Part shown: one piece after another, positions 9,154 to 18,361 of the stretch | Layout of the letters: every line of letters begins with the position of its first letter | How positions within the stretch are numbered: the first letter of the stretch is position 1 | DNA from: Flavobacteriaceae bacterium | Lineage (GTDB): Bacteria > Bacteroidota > Bacteroidia > Flavobacteriales > Flavobacteriaceae | Length of the DNA: 42,522 bases | Direction of reading: 5' to 3' | NCBI GenBank assembly: GCA_947443815.1 | Contig: CANEXR010000001.1 | Coordinates: forward strand, 1 to 42,522 | Position numbers and translations under genes: made by a program | Notes under the pieces: model-generated | Seen by the model: only the letters and a program-made list of their open reading frames with translations | Told to the model about the DNA's origin: nothing | Database searches by the model: none

Positions 9154-9948
9154 ATGAAATTTAAAAATTGCAATCGTTATTTAGTATCTATAGCACTATT
9201 AACTGCTTCCGTTGCGATGGCTCAGCACAGTTTTGTTAATACTCCACCAGAAGTATCTCCAATGCCAATGAAACCAGAAATGACTGAAATCTGGGAACCT
9301 GAAGTAAAAGTAATTACTCCCGCTAAAATCCTTGGGAATGCTCCTTCGGATGCTATCATTTTATTTGATGGTAAAAATTTAGACCAATGGGTAAGTCAAA
9401 AAGACATTACACAACCTGCCGCATGGAAAATTGTTGATAAAGATTATATGGAAGTAGTTCCCGGCACTGGAGCCATTCAGACAAAAATGACCTTTGGTGA
9501 TTGTCAATTACATCTGGAGTGGAGTGCACCAGATATTGTTTTAGACGGAGGTCAAGCTAGAGGAAACAGTGGTGTGTTTTTTCAAAACAGATATGAATTA
9601 CAAGTATTAGATTCTTACAATAATAGAACGTATAGTAACGGTCAAGCAGGAAGTATCTATAAAGATCACCCACCATTAGTAAATGCTGTTAAAACTCCAT
9701 TAGAATGGAATGCTTATGATGTAGTTTATACTGCTCCACGATTCAAAGCGGATGGCAAAATCGATCAACCAGCCCGAATTACTGTTTTTCTAAATGGTGT
9801 TTTAGTACAAAATAATGCTACTATAAATGGTTTAACATTATATATCGGTTTACACAATTATCCTTCAGCTCATGGGGAAGATGTGATTGCATTACAAGAT
9901 CATGATTCAAAAAATCAATTCCGAAATATCTGGATTAGAAAACTTTAA
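9154..9948 (+). CDS. DUF1080 (3-keto-disaccharide hydrolase family) secreted protein
   Basis: Signal peptide; LFDGKNLDQW, GNSGVF, YELQVLD, GSIY, LQDH, FRNIWIR motifs. Confidence 0.92.
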   Translation: MKFKNCNRYLVSIALLTASVAMAQHSFVNTPPEVSPMPMKPEMTEIWEPEVKVITPAKILGNAPSDAIILFDGKNLDQWVSQKDITQPAAWKIVDKDYMEVVPGTGAIQTKMTFGDCQLHLEWSAPDIVLDGGQARGNSGVFFQNRYELQVLDSYNNRTYSNGQAGSIYKDHPPLVNAVKTPLEWNAYDVVYTAPRFKADGKIDQPARITVFLNGVLVQNNATINGLTLYIGLHNYPSAHGEDVIALQDHDSKNQFRNIWIRKL

Positions 9949-9964
9949 AAGCAATTATTTAACT

Positions 9965-9994
9965 AAAAAGGAGCACTAAAAAGCTCCTTTTTTT
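9965..9994 (+). terminator. Rho-independent terminator
   Basis: aaaaaggagc-actaaaaa-gctccttttttt. Confidence 0.85.
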
Positions 9995-10075
9995 ATTTGA
10001 ATATAATGGCTTTTTAACTAAATATTTCTTTCTAATCTTGTTTCAAAACGATTCAATTATAAAATCTAATTTACT

Positions 10076-10083
10076 TATATTTG
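10076..10083 (+). promoter_or_regulatory. -7 promoter element TATATTTG for the HD gene
   Basis: Exact TAnnTTTG; it overlaps the track's TTG start, favouring GTG 10105 as the real start. Confidence 0.6.
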
Positions 10084-10104
10084 TTGACCAAAACAGCCTT
10101 TATT

Positions 10105-11340
10105 GTGAGTGAAATCAACAAGCTAAAAATATTCAATGATCCCATTTATGGGTTTATTACCATTCCAAACGCCTTAATCTACGATTTAATCCAACATCCT
10201 TATTTTCAGAGGTTGCGGCGTATATCCCAAATGGGATTGTCGTATTTGGTTTATCCAGGAGCCAATCATACCCGATTTCATCATGCTCTTGGGTGTATGC
10301 ATTTAATGCAAAAAGCCGTCGAAGTACTACGTTTTAAAGGACTTTCCATTTCAACTGAAGAAGAAAATGCATTGTACATCGCGATTTTATTACATGATAT
10401 TGGACACGGCCCTTTTTCTCACGCTATGGAAAAAAGTATTGTTGAAGATGTGCATCATGAAGCCATTTCATTGTTGTTTATGAATCAGTTAAACGTGGAG
10501 TTCAAGGGGCAATTGAGTTTGGCAATTCAGGTTTTTAAAGGCGAGTACCATAGAAAATTCATGTTGCAATTGATTTCAAGTCAGTTGGATATGGACCGAA
10601 TGGATTATTTAAAACGAGATAGCTTTTATTCAGGAGTGGCAGAAGGAAATGTTAATTCTGAGCGCTTAATCCAAATGATGAATGTAGTGGACGATGTTTT
10701 GGTTATTGAAGAAAAAGGAATTTATTCTGTCGAAAAATTTTTGATGTCGAGACGTTTGATGTATTGGCAAGCTTATTTGCACAAAACGAGTTTAGTAGCA
10801 GAGTTAATTTTGACGAAAGTCTTAAAAAGAGCGAAAGAATTAACTTTGAAAGGAATTCATTTGCCATGCAGCGAACCTTTACAGTTTTTTATGCAAAACA
10901 AAATCACATTAGATCTATTTGATGCAGAAAAGCTAGATTTATTTTCACAATTAGACGATTTTGATATCATTAGTGCTTTGAAATCTTGGCAGAAACAAGA
11001 GGATTTTATTTTGTCATCATTGAGTAAAATGATTGTCAATCGCGATTTGTTAAAAATAAAACTGACTAGTGAAAAAGTAGCTTTAGAAGAGTTACTTCCT
11101 CTTAAAGAACGCTTTGCTAGCGAAAATAACATTACATTATCGGAAACAAACTATTTTATTTTTAAAGGAAAAATAAAAAATCAAGCTTATAGCAAAGAAG
11201 CGGAACCTATCCGAATTTTGATGAAAGACAAAACTATTGAAGATGTGGTTGAAGCTTCAGATCAATTGAATTTGAAGTCATTATCAAAATTAGTTACTAA
11301 ATATTACATCTGTTTTCCAAAACAACTGTTATTAAATTAA
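10105..11340 (+). CDS. HD-domain phosphohydrolase (dNTP triphosphohydrolase-like)
   Basis: DPIYG, FQRLRRISQMG, HTRFHHALG, LLHDIGHGPFSH, DMDRMDYL motifs. Confidence 0.92.
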   Translation: MSEINKLKIFNDPIYGFITIPNALIYDLIQHPYFQRLRRISQMGLSYLVYPGANHTRFHHALGCMHLMQKAVEVLRFKGLSISTEEENALYIAILLHDIGHGPFSHAMEKSIVEDVHHEAISLLFMNQLNVEFKGQLSLAIQVFKGEYHRKFMLQLISSQLDMDRMDYLKRDSFYSGVAEGNVNSERLIQMMNVVDDVLVIEEKGIYSVEKFLMSRRLMYWQAYLHKTSLVAELILTKVLKRAKELTLKGIHLPCSEPLQFFMQNKITLDLFDAEKLDLFSQLDDFDIISALKSWQKQEDFILSSLSKMIVNRDLLKIKLTSEKVALEELLPLKERFASENNITLSETNYFIFKGKIKNQAYSKEAEPIRILMKDKTIEDVVEASDQLNLKSLSKLVTKYYICFPKQLLLN

Positions 11341-11373
11341 CATTTAAAATCTATTTTTTATATTTTTGTCGGA

Positions 11374-12417
11374 ATGAAATTTACAGCAGAACAAATAGCA
11401 GGGATTTTAGAAGGGGAAGTTGTTGGGAATCCCAATATCGAAGTTTCACAGTTATCTAAAATCGAAGAAGGATATGAAGGATCGCTTACATTTTTAGCAA
11501 ATCCTAAATATCTTAATTATATCTATACCACAAAGGCTTCTGTAACCATTGTAAACAATACTTTTGTCCCTGATTCACCACTTACAACTACCTTGATTAA
11601 AGTGGAAGATGCATATGCTTCTTTTTCAAAATTATTAGAATTTTATAATCAAGTTAAATTAAATAAAAGTGGGATAGAACAGCCTTCCTTTATTTCTGAA
11701 AATACCAAGTACGGAACTAATTTATACCTTGGCAGTTTTAGTTACATAGGCCAGAATGTCGTTTTGGGTGATAATGTAAAAATTTATCCCAATTGTTTTT
11801 TAGGGGACAATGTTGTTTTAGGAGATAATGTAATTATTTTTGCAGGCGCCAAAATATATTCAGAGACTGTCATCGGTAATAATTGTACCATTCATTCAGG
11901 AGCGATAATTGGTGCCGATGGTTTTGGTTTCGCTCCAAATTCGGACGGAACCTATTCTAAAATTCCTCAAATTGGCAATGTAATAATTGAAGATAATGTC
12001 GATATTGGTTCATGCACTACTATTGATAGAGCTACAATGGGGTCAACCATTATTAGAAAAGGAGTAAAATTAGACAACCAAATTCAGATTGCCCACAATG
12101 TTGAGATTGGAGAAAATACAGTTATTGCTGCGCAAACTGGGGTAGCAGGTTCTACTAAAATTGGAAAAAATGGTATGATAGGAGGACAAGTTGGGATTTC
12201 AGGACATTTAACTATTGGCGATAATGTCCGTATTCAAGCACAATCCGGAGTAGGGAGAAATATTAAAGATGATGAAATATTACAAGGAAGTCCCACATTT
12301 GGATACAATGATTTTAGTAAATCATACGTTCATTTTAAAAACTTACCTAAAATAGTTGCAGAAATAGAAGAATTAAAAAAAGAAATATTAAACCAAAAAA
12401 ATAGAAACAATGGTTAA
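11374..12417 (+). CDS. lpxD: UDP-3-O-acylglucosamine N-acyltransferase
   Basis: Hexapeptide repeats, [23 protein letters not shown]. Confidence 0.96.
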   Translation: MKFTAEQIAGILEGEVVGNPNIEVSQLSKIEEGYEGSLTFLANPKYLNYIYTTKASVTIVNNTFVPDSPLTTTLIKVEDAYASFSKLLEFYNQVKLNKSGIEQPSFISENTKYGTNLYLGSFSYIGQNVVLGDNVKIYPNCFLGDNVVLGDNVIIFAGAKIYSETVIGNNCTIHSGAIIGADGFGFAPNSDGTYSKIPQIGNVIIEDNVDIGSCTTIDRATMGSTIIRKGVKLDNQIQIAHNVEIGENTVIAAQTGVAGSTKIGKNGMIGGQVGISGHLTIGDNVRIQAQSGVGRNIKDDEILQGSPTFGYNDFSKSYVHFKNLPKIVAEIEELKKEILNQKNRNNG

Positions 12418-13798
12418 ACAGAAAACCATCAAAAAAGAAATTTCTCTAACAGGAGTTGGATTACATACTGGGAAAGAAGTAACAATGACTTTTAAACCTG
12501 CTCCAGCGAATAATGGATTTACTTTTGTAAGAGTAGATTTAGAAGGAAATCCTATTATTGAAGCTGATGCAAATTATGTTGTAAATACACAAAGAGGAAC
12601 AAATTTAGAAAAACTTGGGGTAAAAATCCAAACACCTGAACATGTTTTAGCAGCATTGGTGGGTTGTGATTTAGATAATGTTATCATAGAATTAAATGCT
12701 TCTGAACTTCCAATTATGGACGGTTCTTCTAAATATTTTGTTGAAGCTGTTGAAAAAGCAGGTATTGAAGAACAGGAAGCAAAACGAAATGTTTATGTCG
12801 TTAAAGAAGTAATTTCTTTTACAGATGAAGCAACCGGAAGTGAAATTTTGGTCATGCCAAACGATCATTACAGCATTACAGCAATGGTTGATTTTGGTAC
12901 TAAAATTTTAGGTACTCAAAATGCAACTATGAAATCTCTAGCTGATTTTAAATCTGAAATATCGGAATCGAGAACTTTTAGTTTCTTGCATGAATTAGAA
13001 TCTTTATTGGAGAATGGCTTGATAAAAGGAGGAGATTTAAACAATGCAATCGTTTATGTAGACAAAGACATCTCAGCATCAACGATGGAAAGTTTGAAAA
13101 AAGCTTTTGGAAAAGAGGAACTAACCGTTAAACCAAATGGAATATTAGATAACCTTACTTTGCATTATCCAAACGAAGCTGCTAGACATAAATTATTGGA
13201 TGTAGTTGGCGATTTATCTTTAATTGGAACTCGTATTCAAGGTAAAATTATTGCTAATAAACCGGGTCATTTTGTAAATACACAATTTGCAAAAAAAATG
13301 TCCAAAATTATAAAAATAGAACAACGTAATTATGTTCCTGTTTATGATTTAAATCAAGAACCTTTGATGGACATTCATAAAATCATGTCTGTTCTTCCTC
13401 ATAGACCACCATTTTTATTGATTGACAGAATTATAGAAATGTCTGACAGTCATGTTGTAGGAATGAAAAACGTGACGATGAATGAAAATTTCTTCGTGGG
13501 TCACTTTCCTGAAGCACCAGTTATGCCGGGGGTTTTGATTGTTGAAGCTATGGCTCAAACTGGGGGAATATTAGTTTTAAGCACTGTTCCAGACCCAGAG
13601 AATTATTTGACATTTTTCATGAAAATTGACAAAGTTAAATTCAAACATAAAGTACTTCCTGGAGATACTTTAATTTTTAAATGTGATTTAATTACTCCTA
13701 TAAGAAGAGGTATTTGCCACATGCAAGCTAATGCGTATGCCAATGGTAAACTTGTAGCTGAAGCGGAATTAATGGCTCAAATTGCAAGAAAACAGTAA
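12410..13798 (+). CDS. lpxC: Bifunctional LpxC/FabZ
   Basis: GVGLHTG, TPEH and HKLLD (LpxC) fused to [26 protein letters not shown] (FabZ). Confidence 0.97.
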   Translation: MVKQKTIKKEISLTGVGLHTGKEVTMTFKPAPANNGFTFVRVDLEGNPIIEADANYVVNTQRGTNLEKLGVKIQTPEHVLAALVGCDLDNVIIELNASELPIMDGSSKYFVEAVEKAGIEEQEAKRNVYVVKEVISFTDEATGSEILVMPNDHYSITAMVDFGTKILGTQNATMKSLADFKSEISESRTFSFLHELESLLENGLIKGGDLNNAIVYVDKDISASTMESLKKAFGKEELTVKPNGILDNLTLHYPNEAARHKLLDVVGDLSLIGTRIQGKIIANKPGHFVNTQFAKKMSKIIKIEQRNYVPVYDLNQEPLMDIHKIMSVLPHRPPFLLIDRIIEMSDSHVVGMKNVTMNENFFVGHFPEAPVMPGVLIVEAMAQTGGILVLSTVPDPENYLTFFMKIDKVKFKHKVLPGDTLIFKCDLITPIRRGICHMQANAYANGKLVAEAELMAQIARKQ

Positions 13799-13868
13799 TT
13801 TTTTTGTTGATTTGATTAATCGAAATTCGATTAATTGATTACAGCAGTTAAACGATTAAATAAAGAAT

Positions 13869-14654
13869 ATGAATCAACCATTAGCATATGTTCATCCAGG
13901 CGCAAAAATAGCCAAAAATGTTGTCATAGAACCCTTTACAACCATTCATAACAATGTAGTCATTGGTGATGGGACATGGATTGGTTCAAATGTAACGATA
14001 ATGGAAGGCGCAAGAATTGGGAAAAATTGTAATATTTTTCCTGGAGCTGTAATTTCTGCTGTTCCTCAAGATTTAAAATTTGGAGGCGAAGATTCACTTG
14101 TAATTATTGGAGACAATTGTACAATTAGAGAATGTGTAACTATAAATAGAGGGACAATTGCTTCAGGTCAAACTGTAATTGGAAACAATTGTTTAATTAT
14201 GGCTACAGCGCACATTGCTCATGATTGTCATGTAGGAAATAATGCTATTATTGTTAATGGTGTTCTCTTAGGAGGCCATGTAACAATTGGTAATTATGCA
14301 ATTATTGGAGGTTTATCAGCAGTGCACCAGTTTATTAGTGTAGGAGATCATGCAATGATTTCTGGCGGTTCATTATTGAGAAAAGATGTTCCTCCTTTTA
14401 CTAAAGCTGCCAAAGAACCATTATCCTATGTTGGAATTAATTCTGTTGGATTAAGAAGAAGAGGTTTTACATCTGAAAAAATTAGAGAAATTCAAGATAT
14501 ATACCGAATTTTATATCAAAAAAATTACAATGTAACCCAAGCTATAGGTATAATCGAAGCGGAAATGGAAGCCACACCAGAACGAGATGAAATCTTAGAT
14601 TTTATCAGAAATTCATCAAGAGGAGTAATGAAAGGGTACACCGGAAATTACTAA
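13869..14654 (+). CDS. lpxA: Acyl-ACP-UDP-GlcNAc O-acyltransferase
   Basis: PQDLKF, HIAHDC, VHQF, KDVPPF. Confidence 0.97.
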   Translation: MNQPLAYVHPGAKIAKNVVIEPFTTIHNNVVIGDGTWIGSNVTIMEGARIGKNCNIFPGAVISAVPQDLKFGGEDSLVIIGDNCTIRECVTINRGTIASGQTVIGNNCLIMATAHIAHDCHVGNNAIIVNGVLLGGHVTIGNYAIIGGLSAVHQFISVGDHAMISGGSLLRKDVPPFTKAAKEPLSYVGINSVGLRRRGFTSEKIREIQDIYRILYQKNYNVTQAIGIIEAEMEATPERDEILDFIRNSSRGVMKGYTGNY

Positions 14655-14714
14655 TAACAGGATTAATTCCTATAATAAATAAACCCATAAACGAATTAAT
14701 AAATAAACATAAAA

Positions 14715-15281
14715 ATGGCATCAACATCAGATATTAAAAATGGATTGTGTATTAAGTACAATAATGATATTTATAAAATAATCGAATTTCTTCACGTTAA
14801 ACCAGGCAAAGGTCCCGCTTTTGTTAGAACAAAACTAAAAAGCTTAACTAATGGAAAAGTTTTAGATAATACTTTTTCTGCTGGGCATAAAATTGAAGAA
14901 GTACGTGTTGAAAATCATAAATTCCAGTTTTTGTATCCTGAAGGCGATTTGTTTCATTTTATGAATGTGGAATCTTTTGAACAAATTTCTTTGAATAAAA
15001 ATGTTCTAGATTCGCCAGATTTATTGAAAGAAGGTGAAAACGTAATGATTAGTATCAACACTGAAACAGATTTACCACTTTCTGTTGATATGCCTGCATC
15101 TGTCGTATTAACAGTTACTTATGCAGAGCCAGGAGTTAAAGGAAATACTGCTACAAATGCTACAAAATCTGCTACAGTAGAAACAGGGGCTACAGTTAAT
15201 GTTCCTTTGTTTATTAATGAAGGTGATAAAATTAAAATTGATACTACTTCTGGCTCTTACATGGAGCGTGTTAAAGAGTAA
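14715..15281 (+). CDS. efp: Elongation factor P
   Basis: HVKPGKGPAFVR, PGVKGNTA, VPLFI. Confidence 0.98.
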   Translation: MASTSDIKNGLCIKYNNDIYKIIEFLHVKPGKGPAFVRTKLKSLTNGKVLDNTFSAGHKIEEVRVENHKFQFLYPEGDLFHFMNVESFEQISLNKNVLDSPDLLKEGENVMISINTETDLPLSVDMPASVVLTVTYAEPGVKGNTATNATKSATVETGATVNVPLFINEGDKIKIDTTSGSYMERVKE

Positions 15282-15346
15282 TTTTGATTATTAGCATTAC
15301 TCATTATTGCGAAAAGCAATGCAAATTAATACTGAAAAACAAATAA

Positions 15347-16276
15347 ATGAAATTTCCCAAAAAACAAACCTTAAAAGAGATTGCTACTATTATCAACTGC
15401 GAATATGTAGGTGATGAAAACTTTCCTGTTATAGGTATGAATGAAATTCATGTTGTTGAAGCAGGAGATATTGTATTTGTTGATCATCCAAAATATTATG
15501 AAAAAGCCTTGAATTCGGCTGCAACTATTGTTTTAATTAATAAAAATGTAGACTGTCCAGAAGGAAAAGCATTGTTAGTTTCTGACGATCCTTTTAGAGA
15601 TTTCAATGTATTAACCAATCATTTCAAACCTTTTCAGGCTTCAAATGCTTCAATAGCTACTTCAGCTATAATAGGTGAAAATACTATAATTCAGCCTAAT
15701 ACGTTTATAGGAAATCATGTTGTTATTGGGAAAAATTGTTTGATTCACTCTAATGTTTCTATCTATGATTACACTGTAATTGGCGATAATGTAATTATTC
15801 ATGCAGGAACGATTCTCGGTGCAGACGCTTTTTATTACAAAAAGAGACCTGATGGTTATGATCAATTAATTTCAGGTGGTAGAGTTGTCATAGAAAATAA
15901 TGTAGGAATCGGTGCTCTTTGTACAATTGACAAAGGGGTAACAGGAGATACAACTATTGGTGAAGGTACAAAAATTGACAATCAAGTTCATGTTGGACAT
16001 GATACGGTAATTGGAAAAAAGTGCCTAATCGCTTCACAAACCGGAATTGCTGGCTGTGTAATCATTGAAGATGAAGTTACTATTTGGGGACAAGTAGGTA
16101 CCACAAGTGGGATTACAATAGGGGCAAAAGCCGTTATTTTGGGACAAACAGGAGTTACAAAATCAATTGAAGGAGGAAAATCATATTTTGGAACACCAAT
16201 TGAAGAATCTAGAGAAAAATTGAAACAATTGGCCAATATCAAAAAGATTCCAGAAATTCTAAATAAATTAAAATAA
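15347..16276 (+). CDS. lpxD: Second LpxD-like acyltransferase
   Basis: LpxD N-terminal domain plus hexapeptide repeats, [16 protein letters not shown]. Confidence 0.85.
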   Translation: MKFPKKQTLKEIATIINCEYVGDENFPVIGMNEIHVVEAGDIVFVDHPKYYEKALNSAATIVLINKNVDCPEGKALLVSDDPFRDFNVLTNHFKPFQASNASIATSAIIGENTIIQPNTFIGNHVVIGKNCLIHSNVSIYDYTVIGDNVIIHAGTILGADAFYYKKRPDGYDQLISGGRVVIENNVGIGALCTIDKGVTGDTTIGEGTKIDNQVHVGHDTVIGKKCLIASQTGIAGCVIIEDEVTIWGQVGTTSGITIGAKAVILGQTGVTKSIEGGKSYFGTPIEESREKLKQLANIKKIPEILNKLK

Positions 16277-16278
16277 TT

Positions 16279-16641
16279 ATGTCTCCAAAAGAAATTGTTC
16301 AAAAATTTTACAAATCGGACGCCCTTATTGACGGGGAAGTCATCAAGGATTTTATACATCCTGAAATTATTTTGGATTGGAACAGTTCAACTGGATTTAT
16401 TCAACTGGATTACAATTCAGTATTAAATTTATCTAATGAACTTCATAAAGCTTATGTGCGTTCAAAAGTTAGAATAAGCCATATTATTGCTGAAAACAAT
16501 ATTGTTTCGGTTCGGTATTCCCATTTTGTAAAGACAATTGAAAACCCAAGAGAGGAAATGCTTTTAGCTCATTTCATTGTCATTTGGGAAATAAAAGACA
16601 ATAAATTATTTAGAGGCTATCAAATGAGCCAAATATCATGA
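16279..16641 (+). CDS. NTF2/SnoaL-like protein
   Basis: KEIVQKFY...HIIAE...WEIKDNKL pattern; 2 nt after the lpxD2 stop. Confidence 0.8.
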   Translation: MSPKEIVQKFYKSDALIDGEVIKDFIHPEIILDWNSSTGFIQLDYNSVLNLSNELHKAYVRSKVRISHIIAENNIVSVRYSHFVKTIENPREEMLLAHFIVIWEIKDNKLFRGYQMSQIS

Positions 16642-16736
16642 ATTTAGTAACAAAAAACTGAATTTTGAATATAAAAAACTGCTTAGTATTTTATACTTTT
16701 GCTACACGATTTTAAAAACTACATAAAAAATATATC

Positions 16737-17609
16737 ATGAGTGTTTTAGTTAATAAAGATTCCAAAATAATTGTTCAAGGATTTACAGGAAGTGAAGGTA
16801 CTTTCCATGCTTCTCAAATGATTGAATACGGTACAAATGTTGTTGGAGGAGTAACTCCAGGAAAAGGTGGTACAAGTCATTTAGACAGACCCGTTTTTAA
16901 TACCGTAAAAGATGCCGTTGAACAAGCAGGAGCAGATACAACAATTATTTTTGTACCACCAGCATTTGCTGCTGATGCCATTATGGAAGCTGCTGATGCA
17001 GGAATAAAAGTAATCATTGCTATTACTGAAGGAATTCCAGTTGCCGACATGATTAAAGCAAATAGTTATGTCAAAGAAAGAAACGCAAGATTAATTGGAC
17101 CAAACTGTCCAGGTGTTATTACTCCAGGTGAAGCTAAAGTAGGTATTATGCCAGGTTTTGTTTTCAAAAAAGGTACAGTAGGAATTGTTTCAAAATCAGG
17201 GACTTTAACTTATGAAGCTGCTGATCAAGTAGTAAAACAAGGTTTAGGAATAACTACAGCTATCGGTATTGGTGGCGATCCAATTATTGGAACTACTACA
17301 AAAGAAGCTGTTGAGTTACTTATGAACGATCCTGAAACAGAATGTATCGTTATGATTGGTGAAATTGGAGGTCAGTTAGAAGCAGATGCAGCTAAATGGA
17401 TCAAAGCAGATGGAAACCGTAAGCCAGTTGTTGGATTTATTGCAGGTGTTACCGCTCCAGCTGGAAGAACAATGGGACATGCTGGTGCTATCGTTGGTGG
17501 ATCTGATGATACTGCTGAAGCTAAAAAGCAAATTATGAGAGAAAACGGTATTCATGTTGTGGATTCTCCAGCTGAAATTGGTAAAAAAGTGAAAGAAGTT
17601 TTAGGATAA
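16737..17609 (+). CDS. sucD: Succinyl-CoA synthetase alpha subunit
   Basis: [26 protein letters not shown] phospho-His motif; TACTTTTG at 16694-16701. Confidence 0.98.
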   Translation: MSVLVNKDSKIIVQGFTGSEGTFHASQMIEYGTNVVGGVTPGKGGTSHLDRPVFNTVKDAVEQAGADTTIIFVPPAFAADAIMEAADAGIKVIIAITEGIPVADMIKANSYVKERNARLIGPNCPGVITPGEAKVGIMPGFVFKKGTVGIVSKSGTLTYEAADQVVKQGLGITTAIGIGGDPIIGTTTKEAVELLMNDPETECIVMIGEIGGQLEADAAKWIKADGNRKPVVGFIAGVTAPAGRTMGHAGAIVGGSDDTAEAKKQIMRENGIHVVDSPAEIGKKVKEVLG

Positions 17610-17631
17610 TTTATTCTAAATTAAATATTTT

Positions 17632-17663
17632 AAAAGCCTCCCATTTTTTTGTGAGGCTTTTTT
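17632..17663 (+). terminator. Rho-independent terminator of sucD
   Basis: aaaagcctc ... gaggctttttt. Confidence 0.8.
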
Positions 17664-17686
17664 AGTATAATACTGAATTAAAGAAA

Positions 17687-17795
17687 TATCTTTGCACTTT
17701 ATTAAATGTATCGCTTTTAGCGAATTCTATTGTAATAAAAACAAACCTAAACGAATGGTTTTATAAGACCTCACGGTATTGTGAGGTATTTTTTT
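17687..17795 (+). promoter_or_regulatory. Promoter (TATCTTTG) plus about 100-nt leader ending in a terminator-like hairpin
   Basis: -7 element at 17687-17694; acctcac-ggtatt-gtgaggt followed by attttttt at 17768-17795, upstream of ATG 17830. Confidence 0.6.
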
Positions 17796-17829
17796 GTCAA
17801 AGCCAATTCAAATAAAAAAATAAAATAAT

Positions 17830-18252
17830 ATGTACAAAGAATTAAAAAAATTCAAAGTTAGCAATCAATTTTCATTCACAACTGACGATAGTTTAGAAGA
17901 AGTTTGTAATGCTTCAGAAGGAAGTGGCGTCTTTTTGGTGTATTCAGTAGGAGATGAAAAAGAATTGATTATGGTTGGTTCTACTGGAACGGTTCAAAAT
18001 AACGGAAGTTTAAAAATCAAAAATGGCGGTTTAAAAGATAAAATTGTTGAAGGCCATCAATTTGCAAAAACAGGAAGAAAATATTCTTGGCCAGCTCAAA
18101 TGAAGATAGAAGACATTACAACTTTAGAAGTTGTTTGGTATGAAACATTTAATGATAAAACAAAAGTAATTCCAACTTTTGTAGAAGGACAAGTTTTGCA
18201 AAACTTCTTAGATGAAAACGGAAAATTACCAAAATGGAATGTTGCTTTTTAA
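17830..18252 (+). CDS. Hypothetical protein, degenerate GIY-YIG-like
   Basis: GVF-x12-MVGST ... LKDKI..H ... E..VL.......LPKWN follows the GIY-YIG motif order. Confidence 0.6.
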   Translation: MYKELKKFKVSNQFSFTTDDSLEEVCNASEGSGVFLVYSVGDEKELIMVGSTGTVQNNGSLKIKNGGLKDKIVEGHQFAKTGRKYSWPAQMKIEDITTLEVVWYETFNDKTKVIPTFVEGQVLQNFLDENGKLPKWNVAF

Positions 18253-18301
18253 GGAATCTTCAAATCGAATGCTTTAAAGAGTACACCGTTCTAAATTATT
18301 A

Positions 18302-18338
18302 AACAAAAAGTTATAAATTATTTTTATAACTTTTTGTT
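18302..18338. terminator. 16-bp perfect inverted repeat, probable bidirectional terminator
   Basis: aacaaaaagttataaa-ttatt-tttataactttttgtt between convergent genes. Confidence 0.7.
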
Positions 18339-18361
18339 GTTTAAAACAGCAACTGCTAATA

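Noticed and set aside
6457-9948. Integron cassette array
   Set aside because: Genes are short and co-oriented, but the spacers share no repeat, no RYYYAAC...GTTRRRY attC pairs were found, and there is no integrase. The imperfect palindrome at about 9035-9095 lacks attC core sites.
13811-13860. ATTAATCGA/TCGATTAAT hairpin between lpxC-fabZ and lpxA as a terminator
   Set aside because: AT-rich stem with no U-tract inside an operon; at most a stability element.
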